In this document: positions 1 to 7,377 of the stretch, in pieces
Layout of the letters: each line of letters begins with the position of its first letter
How positions within the stretch are numbered: the first letter of the stretch is position 1
Origin: Phenylobacterium sp.
Lineage (GTDB): Bacteria > Pseudomonadota > Alphaproteobacteria > Caulobacterales > Caulobacteraceae
DNA: 54,273 nt
Assembly: GCA_035656795.1 (NCBI GenBank)
Contig: DASRRU010000108.1
Coordinates: 1 to 54,273, forward strand
Direction: 5' to 3'
Notes under the pieces: model-generated
Database searches by the model: none
What the model saw: only the letters and a program-made list of their open reading frames with translations
Told to the model about the DNA's origin: nothing
Program-made: the position numbers and the translations under genes

Positions 1-602
1 TGTCGCTTGAGGGCGCGCTGCAGGAGCTCACCAGCAAGGCCCCAAGAGACGGCGACTATTACATCCGTTTCCTGGGCGAAAAGCTTTCATACGAGGCTTT
101 GCTTCTGAAGCAGGCGTCCATTGATGGCGCGTCAAAGGCGATGACGCGCCATTCAAAACTTCTCGGTGGCCTACTTCAGCAGGCCGAAACGGAACTGCAG
201 AAACGCGGAACGTCGTATGAGACCTGCGAGCTCCTCAACAAGGGTGCCTACTATCTCAACGAATTGGATATCGCCGAAGTGCACTTCGCCGATTTTCCGA
301 AGCGGTTCTCAAGCTACCCCGAAATCATATTGCGCACCTATGTCGCCTTCGTTCGCCAGGTGAAGGAGCTCTATTCCGAAGACTGGCGGATGTGGCCAGA
401 TGGCTTCGTCGACACCTTCGCCTGGGTTGGGCTTCATCTCTATTTGCGCGCTGGCCGATCGAGCGAATTCACTCACGTCACGCCTGAGAAAATTCTTCAA
501 ATCTACGAGCAGATCCGAAAGCGTGAATTTGTCAGTGAGGCGGACCTTCTGGAGTTCCGCCGCCACGGCTCCGAGGCGGAGCGACTGCTAGCGGCCGACT
601 AG
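1..602 (+). CDS. Hypothetical helical protein, 5'-truncated by the window edge
   Basis: The frame of ORF 99..602 is open from base 3 (SLEGALQELTSKAPRDGDYYIRFLGEKLSYEALLLK...) to TAG at 600-602. Protein-like composition, no motif recognised. Confidence 0.7.
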   Translation, partial: SLEGALQELTSKAPRDGDYYIRFLGEKLSYEALLLKQASIDGASKAMTRHSKLLGGLLQQAETELQKRGTSYETCELLNKGAYYLNELDIAEVHFADFPKRFSSYPEIILRTYVAFVRQVKELYSEDWRMWPDGFVDTFAWVGLHLYLRAGRSSEFTHVTPEKILQIYEQIRKREFVSEADLLEFRRHGSEAERLLAAD

Positions 603-603
603 C

Positions 604-625
604 CGCCGCGCCCCCTCGCGCGGCG
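604..625. terminator. GC-rich hairpin right after the stop codon
   Basis: CGCCGCGC-cccctc-GCGCGGCG, perfect 8-bp stem but no U-tract. Confidence 0.35.
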
Positions 626-1151
626 CTCTCATGCCTTGGGCGCCGACCGGGTCAGGGCGGCGTTCAACGCCACGGCAAACCCCGAAGGTCGGCAGCGAGA
701 GCCGCAGCGCTTCAATTCGCTGAATCTGCGCAGCGACAGTGACCGGATGCGGGTCGTCGAGAGCGTCGTACGCCGGCGGACCGTGGAGCCCGACCGGCAG
801 GCGGAAATCCTAGAACCGGCTCCGTCACCGGAGCATCGGCGCTCCGAAATAGGGTCCGCCGCGCCCCAAGACCGGACGTCTAAGATCACCGCCGCCGACG
901 CGAGGGCCTGGGCGAAGGGCGATCTTCGCACCCGGGCTCAGGAGAGTTCCCTCATTGCCAAAGCGGACGCCGCATTCCGACCTGCACATAGAAAGGACCG
1001 TCGCGCCGTATGACGCCGACCAGGCCACAGCCCTGTAGGACAGCGCGGCGCAACTGGAAAAAGCCGGCGTACGGATAGCCGCGACGCTGAACGCAATCCT
1101 CAGCTAGGCCCGTCCCTTTAGCGGCGAACCACTACGCCCGTCGGTTGCAGA

Positions 1152-1198
1152 TATCCACATGTAGTTCGTCCAGATTGGTTGCTAACAATATGTAGGGT
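1152..1198. promoter_or_regulatory. Tandem NrdR-box-like operators
   Basis: Cores CCACATGTAG (1155-1164) and CAATATGTAG (1186-1195) fit the NrdR core CwAtATaTwG and start 31 bp apart, the canonical NrdR spacing. Confidence 0.6.
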
Positions 1199-1208
1199 CA
1201 GCTACGAT
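1179..1208 (+). promoter_or_regulatory. Putative sigma70-type promoter for the caspase-helicase operon
   Basis: TTGCTA (1179-1184), 18-nt spacer, TACGAT (1203-1208, preceded by GC as in Caulobacter promoters). The second NrdR-like box lies in the spacer. Confidence 0.45.
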
Positions 1209-1362
1209 GCTAACCTTACTGTGGCCGTTTGCGGCGGGGGCAAATCGGCCACGCACCCACGAACCACGGGGCTGCGTGCCAGATGGTTTCTTGTCGTCCG
1301 AGTCGCCCGCCGCGCCAAGGGGTCGCGTCCGTTGCAGCTTGGTGCCCTGAGGACACCAAGGC

Positions 1363-4300
1363 ATGACCGTTCGCGCCGGGTTCATCGGCATCGACCGCTA
1401 TGGCGATCCGGAGATCCGCGACCTGAGCGGCGCGCGGCGCGACGCCACGGCGCTGTGGGCGTTGATCGCCGACTCCCTGGATGCCAACGACGCTGCCCTG
1501 TTGGTCGACGAGGCGGCGTCCCGGGCTGCGGCCCTCGATTTGCTGGACCGCACCCTTGGCGAGGCCGGGCCCGACGATGTCGTGGTCCTCGGTTTCGCCG
1601 GACACGGCACGCCGGACCACCGTCTGGTCCTCGCCGACAGCCGCATGGCCGATCTGCCGGGCACCACCATTTCGATGGCGGACCTGGCGGAGCGGTTCAA
1701 GACGTCGAAGGCCCGCGCCGTCGTGTGCCTGCTGGATTGCTGTTTCAGCGGCGGAGCGCCGGCCCGGGTGGTTGACAACGCTCCGGCGGCTCGCGACGGC
1801 GCCCTGTCCCTGACCTCGATCGCCGGCAAGGGCCGCATCCTCTTCGCGGCCGCGGCGGAAGACGAAGAGGCGCTGGAAGACCCGCAGTCACGGCACGGCT
1901 ATTTCACGCAGGCGGTCATCGACGTGCTCGTCGAGGCGGTCGGCGAAATCGACGCCCTGGCTTTCGTGAAGCAGGTCACCGAGCGGGTGCAGGCCGCGGC
2001 GCGGCGTACTGGCCACGTCCAGAATCCGATGATGTTCGGCCTGATCGAGGGAGCCCTCAGCCTGCCGGCCGGCCGGCGCGGCGCGCGCTTCGCCGTCCAC
2101 TTCCCAGAACAAGCCGAGCACCAGGTCGGCGCCGGTTTCGCGGACCTTCGCGCCTACGACCTCCCCGACGAGGTCCTGGCCCTGTGGTCGGCGCGCTTCC
2201 CCACCGGCCTGAACGCCCTGCAGCAGCGCGCGGTCAACGAGTTCGGGGTGCTCCGCGGCCAATCCTTGCTAACGGTGGCGCCCACCAGCGCCGGCAAGAC
2301 GTTCGTCGGCGAACTTGCGGCCATCCAGGCGATCGCCGAGGGCCGCAAGGCGGTTTTCCTGCTGCCCTTCAAGGCGCTAGTGAACGAGAAGTACGCTGAG
2401 TTTTCCGAGGTCTACGGCAAGAATCTCGGCCTCAGGATCGCGCGCTGCAGCGGCGACTGGCAAGACCAGGTCGGTCCCGTCCTGCGCGGCAAGTACGACA
2501 TCGCCTTCTTCACCTATGAGAAGTTCCTGGCGATGTCGCTGAGCGCCCCGCACCTGCTGCGTCAGCTCGGCCTCGTGGTCATCGACGAAGCCCAGTTCAT
2601 CACCGCCCGTGACCGCGGCATGTCCGTCGAGCTTCTGCTGACCAACCTCGTCGCGGCCCGCCGCCAGGGCGTCTCGCCGCAGCTGGTGGCCTTGAGCGCG
2701 GTCATCGGGGCGACCAATGGCCTGGAGACCTGGCTGGGCTGCCGCCTGCTGGTCACTCGTGATCGGCCGGTTCCCTTGCGTGAAGGGGTCCTCGACCGCT
2801 TCGGCGCCTATCACTTTCTCGACGCCGACGGGACCGAGGGCACCGAGGAGCTGCTCGGTCGGTGGGATGTCCGGGTTCGCGGCAAGCAGCCCTCGGCGCA
2901 GGATGTCCTGGTGCCTCTGGCCAAGAAGCTCGTGGCGGACGGCGAGAAGATCATCATCTTCCGTAACCAGCGGGGCGCTTCCTCGGGTTGCGCGGAATAC
3001 CTCGCCCGCGAGCTTGGGCTACCGCCCGCCACGGCCGTCTTGGCGTCCCTGCCCACCGGTGACACGTCGAGCACCTCGCAACGCCTGCGCAACAGCCTGG
3101 CCGGCGGCGTCGCCTTCCACACGGGCGACCTGGATCGGGAAGAGCGCATCGCCATCGAGGGCGCCTTCCGCTCCGGCGACAGTGGCGTGAAGGTCCTGGT
3201 CGCCACCAGCACCGTAGCGGCGGGCGTCAACACGCCAGCCTCGACCGTGGTGATCACCGAAACCGCCTTCTCTGGGCCCGGCGGCGGCACGCCCTACAGC
3301 GTGGCGGAATACAAGAACATGGCCGGCCGCGCGGGACGTGTGGGCTTCGAGGCCCATGGCCGTTCGATCCTGCTCGCCGACAACGCCTTTGAGCGTGAGC
3401 GCCTGTTCCGGATGTACGTCCGGGGTGCCCCGGAAGCCGTCGTCTCTTCCTTCGATTCCCGTCACCCCGAGACCTGGATCCTGCGGCTGCTCGCCCAAGT
3501 CCCGTCGGCGCCGCGGGACCGGATCGTCGACCTGGTCGCGGACACCTTCGGCGGGTTCCAGGCGACAAAGGCCGACGCCACCTGGCCGACCTATATGGCG
3601 ACGCGCGCGGAAGAGATCCTCGACCGGCTCGCCCACCATGGCCTCGTCGAGGTCGATGACGGCCAGTCGCGCCTGACGATGCTGGGGCGCGCGTGCGCCG
3701 AATCTCCGCTGTCCCTGGAGTCCTGCCTGCAGCTGGTGGCGCTGCTTGAGCCGCTGAAGGGCCAGCCGCGTACGGCGCTCGACCTAATGGTCCTGCTCGA
3801 GGCTCTGCCCGAGCGCGACACCGACTACACGCCGCAAGGCCGTGGCGGCGAGTCCAACCGTCCATATGAACTGGGCCAGCGGCACGGGAGTGAGCTTGTT
3901 CAGGCGCTGCGGCGGCGCGCTGAAAACGACCGCGCCTACTATGCACGTTGCAAGCGCGCCCTGGTCTGCGGCGACTGGATCGACGGCATGCCGATCCAGG
4001 ATATCGAGGCGCGCTACACGCCCAACGCCTTTTCGCCCATGGCGTCCGCCGACATCCGCGGCTTCGCAGACGGCACGCGATATCTCCTGGACTCGGCCAG
4101 CCGTGTCGCCGCCCTCGTGCTGGGCGAGGCCGCGCCGGACGACACTTCGGTCCGCGAGCTTCTGCTGCGGCTGGACACCGGCCTCCCGCCGGCGGCGCTT
4201 CCGCTCGTCAATTTGCCCGCGCCCCTGACGCGCGGCGAGCGGCTGGCGTTGTTCAATGCCGGCGTGACGGACGCAAGCCAACTCCGCGGCCTGGGCGAAG

Positions 4301-4392
4301 AGGCCCTCGCCCAGCTCATCGGGGGTCGCGCGCTGGCCCTTCGGTTGGCGCTCGAACTCGATCCCACGGCGCCGGCCGAGGCGGCGCCATGA
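1363..4392 (+). CDS. Caspase-family (peptidase C14) protease fused to a Ski2/Hel308-like SF2 helicase
   Basis: N-terminal IGIDRY...L.GA..DA, catalytic His in FAGHG, Cys in LLDCCFSG, then SRHGYFTQA and QNP. Helicase motifs APTSAGKT, LPFKALVNEK, TYEK, IDEAQ, LSA, FHTGDL, ATSTVAAGVNTPA, NMAGRAGR, followed by a winged-helix/ratchet-like region (RLTMLGRA). GAGGA RBS upstream. Confidence 0.92.
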   Translation: MTVRAGFIGIDRYGDPEIRDLSGARRDATALWALIADSLDANDAALLVDEAASRAAALDLLDRTLGEAGPDDVVVLGFAGHGTPDHRLVLADSRMADLPGTTISMADLAERFKTSKARAVVCLLDCCFSGGAPARVVDNAPAARDGALSLTSIAGKGRILFAAAAEDEEALEDPQSRHGYFTQAVIDVLVEAVGEIDALAFVKQVTERVQAAARRTGHVQNPMMFGLIEGALSLPAGRRGARFAVHFPEQAEHQVGAGFADLRAYDLPDEVLALWSARFPTGLNALQQRAVNEFGVLRGQSLLTVAPTSAGKTFVGELAAIQAIAEGRKAVFLLPFKALVNEKYAEFSEVYGKNLGLRIARCSGDWQDQVGPVLRGKYDIAFFTYEKFLAMSLSAPHLLRQLGLVVIDEAQFITARDRGMSVELLLTNLVAARRQGVSPQLVALSAVIGATNGLETWLGCRLLVTRDRPVPLREGVLDRFGAYHFLDADGTEGTEELLGRWDVRVRGKQPSAQDVLVPLAKKLVADGEKIIIFRNQRGASSGCAEYLARELGLPPATAVLASLPTGDTSSTSQRLRNSLAGGVAFHTGDLDREERIAIEGAFRSGDSGVKVLVATSTVAAGVNTPASTVVITETAFSGPGGGTPYSVAEYKNMAGRAGRVGFEAHGRSILLADNAFERERLFRMYVRGAPEAVVSSFDSRHPETWILRLLAQVPSAPRDRIVDLVADTFGGFQATKADATWPTYMATRAEEILDRLAHHGLVEVDDGQSRLTMLGRACAESPLSLESCLQLVALLEPLKGQPRTALDLMVLLEALPERDTDYTPQGRGGESNRPYELGQRHGSELVQALRRRAENDRAYYARCKRALVCGDWIDGMPIQDIEARYTPNAFSPMASADIRGFADGTRYLLDSASRVAALVLGEAAPDDTSVRELLLRLDTGLPPAALPLVNLPAPLTRGERLALFNAGVTDASQLRGLGEEALAQLIGGRALALRLALELDPTAPAEAAP

Positions 4393-6248
4393 AGATATCC
4401 ACCCTCATCGCCGCCCTCTTCCCCAAGGGCTATGTGGACTATGAGGCGCTGAACGCCCCGGCTGCGGAGCGTGGAAGCAACGAAGAACTGCCGCTCAGCA
4501 AGCCGGGCCACCTGCCCTACCTCTGTACCGACCTCTTCGCGATCGTGGCCATGCATTTGCAGCGCAGCGGCGCTTATCACCATGTCGCGCCCGACACCCA
4601 CAGTCCGCATGCCGAACGGACGCTCAGCGTCTCGGACGACGACCGCCGGCAGTGGGTCGACCTCGGCCGGCGTTGGCGCGGCGACACGACGTCGTTTGGG
4701 AAGGCGCCCCCGGCAGGGCTTGTAGAGATCTGGCGCGCGTTCTGGGCCTTACGTGGCAGCGACGTCTATTCGGCGGTCGAGGTGGGGGGTGAGCCGCCAG
4801 CCTGGTGGCGGCCGGCGTTGTCGCTCCTCTGCATCGCCGACGAAGCGGCGCACGGCCTGGGCTTCGAACCGCCGGAGAAGTCTGCCCCTTCTTTCCAGAG
4901 CCGATTGATCAGCTCCCTGATCCAGCGCCGTATCGCCGAAGGGGAAGCGATCTTCAGCTTCTCCACGGCGGAAACCGACCTCTGCTGTGTCCTGCCGAAA
5001 AGCCGGACGCCGATGGTCGGCTGCACCTTGCGCTCGTTGACCCACAATCTGGCGCTCCTGCCGCCGCGCGGTCTCGCGCGCGCCTATTGGCTGCCCTACG
5101 CCTCGGGCGCCGAGGCTGAGAAGGCGGCCGGTGCGAACGGCGATGAAGGCGAGTCAGGGTCCTGGACCGAGGCGCCGCGGGATTCGCTCGACAGCGGGTC
5201 TCGGCCTCTCAACTGCCTGCTGATCCCCATGCCGTTCCGCGTCCAGGCCAGTTCTATCCAGGGCGTGCGCAAGGACGACGAGCGGTGGGGCTGGTTTCGG
5301 ATCCAACCCACCTGGTGTGCGGGTTCGGAAGACGCGACGGCGGACACGTTCTCCTATGAGATGGACATGTTCTGGGCCTTCGTCCACGGCCTGATTTCCG
5401 AGGCGGAGCGTGATGTCGGCCAGGTGCATGTCCTGGTGTTCCCGGAAGCGGCTCTCAGCTCGGCCGTGTTCCGCGAACTGAAGCAGCGGCTCGAAGTCAC
5501 AAATGTCGAGCTGCTGATCGCCGGCCTTTTCGATTCCACCACCGCCGACGGCGGCAATTATCGGCACGGGAATTTCGCGGCTCTTGGCGTGATCGGCGCG
5601 GACGGGCTGATCTCCTACCGAGAGAAACATCACCGCTGGCGGCTCGACCGCTCTCAGATCCAGACCTACGCGCTCGGCGCGTCGCTCGATCCGAACTACG
5701 GCTGGTGGGAGGACATCGACATCCTCAGCCGCAGTCTGGATGTCTATGTCCTGCGCGGCTCGACCACGGTCACCACCCTGATCTGTGAAGATCTGGCGCG
5801 GCACGACCCCTGTCAGGAGTTGGTGCGCGGCATCGGCCCCAACCTGGTGTTCGCGCTGCTGATGGACGGGCCGCAGTTAAAGGCGCGCTGGCCGGCGCGG
5901 TACGCGACCGTGCTCGCTGAGGATCCCGGTTCGTCGGTGCTGAGTTTCACCTCGCTCGGCCTGATCGAGCGGTCCAACGCCACCGGCCTTGTTCCGGCCA
6001 GCCGAATGATCGGGCTATGGCGCGACGATCGGGGCGAGACGATCGAGTTGTCCATTCCGGCGGACGCGCAGGCGCTCTGCCTCAGCCTGCAATCGACGTG
6101 TTTCGAAGAGCACACCCTGGATGGACGCGGCGACGGCGGGTGCGCCGAGTCCTGGCGGTTGAGTGGACTGCAGCCCGTACGGCTCTCGGGCCGCCACGCG
6201 GCCGGCGTATCAGAAATTCTTGCTGGGCGTTGGCCAACTAAATCTTAG
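4389..6248 (+). CDS. Uncharacterised carbon-nitrogen hydrolase (nitrilase superfamily) domain protein, 619 aa
   Basis: ATG at 4389 overlaps the upstream TGA (ATGA). Triad motifs VLVFPE (Glu), REKHH (Lys), LICED (Cys). About 240-aa N-terminal region of unknown fold (VLPKSRTPMVGCTLRSLTHNLALLP). Confidence 0.8.
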   Translation: MKISTLIAALFPKGYVDYEALNAPAAERGSNEELPLSKPGHLPYLCTDLFAIVAMHLQRSGAYHHVAPDTHSPHAERTLSVSDDDRRQWVDLGRRWRGDTTSFGKAPPAGLVEIWRAFWALRGSDVYSAVEVGGEPPAWWRPALSLLCIADEAAHGLGFEPPEKSAPSFQSRLISSLIQRRIAEGEAIFSFSTAETDLCCVLPKSRTPMVGCTLRSLTHNLALLPPRGLARAYWLPYASGAEAEKAAGANGDEGESGSWTEAPRDSLDSGSRPLNCLLIPMPFRVQASSIQGVRKDDERWGWFRIQPTWCAGSEDATADTFSYEMDMFWAFVHGLISEAERDVGQVHVLVFPEAALSSAVFRELKQRLEVTNVELLIAGLFDSTTADGGNYRHGNFAALGVIGADGLISYREKHHRWRLDRSQIQTYALGASLDPNYGWWEDIDILSRSLDVYVLRGSTTVTTLICEDLARHDPCQELVRGIGPNLVFALLMDGPQLKARWPARYATVLAEDPGSSVLSFTSLGLIERSNATGLVPASRMIGLWRDDRGETIELSIPADAQALCLSLQSTCFEEHTLDGRGDGGCAESWRLSGLQPVRLSGRHAAGVSEILAGRWPTKS

Positions 6249-6297
6249 TGGCCATGGCCGCCGGCGAACGAGGCCGCCGACAAATCGAAGTACGGCC

Positions 6298-6471
6298 TTA
6301 GGCCGCTTCCTCCTGACCGGCTTTGCGCTCGGTGCTGGTTTTCGTCGACGACTTATCGAAGTGGCCAAACAGTCCACGCGCCACGGCCACGCCCTTTTGA
6401 GTCATGCCCTTTTCCAGCGCTTCCTGTTTGCGCCGGGCGTTGTCCTTATAGCCGTTGCTAAATTCAACCAT
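6298..6471 (-). CDS. Small hypothetical protein (57 aa), convergent with the nitrilase-like gene
   Basis: GAGAGG RBS before ATG 6471; MVEFSNGYKDNARRKQEALEKGMTQKGVAVARGLFGHFDKSSTKTSTERKAGQEEAA; AT-rich promoter-like region upstream. Confidence 0.6.
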   Translation of the reverse strand: MVEFSNGYKDNARRKQEALEKGMTQKGVAVARGLFGHFDKSSTKTSTERKAGQEEAA

Positions 6472-6807
6472 CTTGCGCCTCTCAACGGGACTCAAAATCC
6501 CATCGACAACTAAAACGTAATTCCCACCTACAACGTCCGCAACACCCAACGGATCATCGCCAACGAAAATTCACGTACTAAAACCGACGATAGTTTCGCG
6601 ACGTGAACAGGCTCTGAAGGTCGTAGCCAGTTTTTTAAGGGTGTCCGAATTCACGGGAAACGTACCACGGCCTCGATCAAATCCCCTGATCAAAAAGTAT
6701 GACGAAAAATAAGCCGCGAATTAGTGGCTTTAAAAAAGTCCCCGACAAATTCGATCAGTTGGAATTTATGGCGTGCGTTCGAGTCCGCGCTACGTAACCG
6801 CCATGGC

Positions 6808-6909
6808 TCAATATGAGTCCGTATGTTCGCCATCGTCTGAGAACGCCACGCCCGTGAGGCGGGTGATGCCCTTCTGTCGGTCGGAAATCAGGTCGATCAG
6901 ATCTCGCAT
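6808..6909 (-). CDS. Possible 33-aa small ORF or gene remnant
   Basis: GGAGGAG before ATG; MRDLIDLISDRQKGITRLTGVAFSDDGEHTDSY. The frame stays open about 40 codons further upstream. Confidence 0.3.
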   Translation of the reverse strand: MRDLIDLISDRQKGITRLTGVAFSDDGEHTDSY

Positions 6910-7071
6910 CAGACTCCTCCACCTATTCGGAACGAGATCGCCAACACGTGCCCAGGTGCGCAACTCTGCCGCTGGTTCGAATTTCGAACGATATCCATTT
7001 TGTATGCCGGTGCGCGACTCGGAGGCGCTTCACTCCGTTGCGGCGTCCGCGCTAAGCGCCTCGCCGGCTCC

Positions 7072-7230
7072 TTGGGGCACACATGGGGCACAGATGGACG
7101 GGCATTTCTGAGGCCCGGTCTGCCGACTCACGGCTCCCATCGTCCAGGGTTGCCGCCTGTGCCCCTTCATGGCATCCGTCCGAAGAGATCGGGGCGACGC
7201 CTTTCGGCTTGTGCCCCATGTGTGCCCCAA
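7072..7230. repeat. Perfect 21-bp inverted repeat made of tandem TGGGGCACA units (integrase arm-site-like)
   Basis: TTGGGGCACACATGGGGCACA (7072-7092) is the exact reverse complement of TGTGCCCCATGTGTGCCCCAA (7210-7230). An extra single unit TGTGCCCC lies at 7158-7165. Confidence 0.9.
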
Positions 7231-7258
7231 ACGCGCACCTGGACCGAGCCGAAAATGT

Positions 7259-7271
7259 TAAGTCATTGATC
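7259..7271 (-). promoter_or_regulatory. IHF-like binding site at the island/tRNA junction
   Basis: Reverse strand reads GATCAATGACTTA against consensus WATCARNNNNTTR (one mismatch). Confidence 0.55.
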
Positions 7272-7281
7272 TTATTGGCGT

Positions 7282-7357
7282 GCCGGATTAGCTCAGCTGG
7301 TAGAGCAGCGGTTTTGTAAACCGAAGGTCGCGGGTTCGAGTCCTGCATCCGGCACCA
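7282..7357 (+). tRNA. tRNA-Thr(TGT)
   Basis: Cloverleaf GCCGGAT TA GCTC AGCTGGTA GAGC A GCGGT TTTGTAA ACCGA AGGTC GCGGG TTCGAGT CCTGC ATCCGGC A CCA; 76 nt, encoded CCA. Confidence 0.98.
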
Positions 7358-7377
7358 GTCCTCAACTTAGGCCCGCC

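Larger units (their letters stand above)
1..7281. mobile_element. Right-hand part of a putative tRNA-Thr-linked genomic island (left end outside the window)
   Basis: Non-housekeeping genes and lower-GC patches (1-602, ~6300-6800). Arm-site-like inverted repeats and an IHF-like site directly before the tRNA; housekeeping genes resume after it. No integrase in the window. Confidence 0.6.

Noticed and set aside
629-1028. Overlapping ORFs 636..1013 (+), 629..931 (-) and 825..1028 (-)
   Set aside because: No recognisable motif, clear RBS or codon bias; cannot choose among them. May be degraded DNA.
3948-4388. N-terminal extension of the 766-aa ORF 3948..6248
   Set aside because: It overlaps the helicase out of frame and is Arg/Gly/Ala-rich shadow sequence; the ATGA-coupled start at 4389 is far more plausible.
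1363-6248. Calling the locus Hachiman, AbpAB or a DRT/retron system
   Set aside because: No HamA/DUF1837-like or AbpA nuclease motifs and no reverse transcriptase are visible; the partner is a nitrilase-fold protein.
6771-6790. GTTCGAGTCC resembling a tRNA T-loop (possible att duplicate)
   Set aside because: Flanks do not match the tRNA-Thr T-stem or acceptor and no cloverleaf forms; likely chance.
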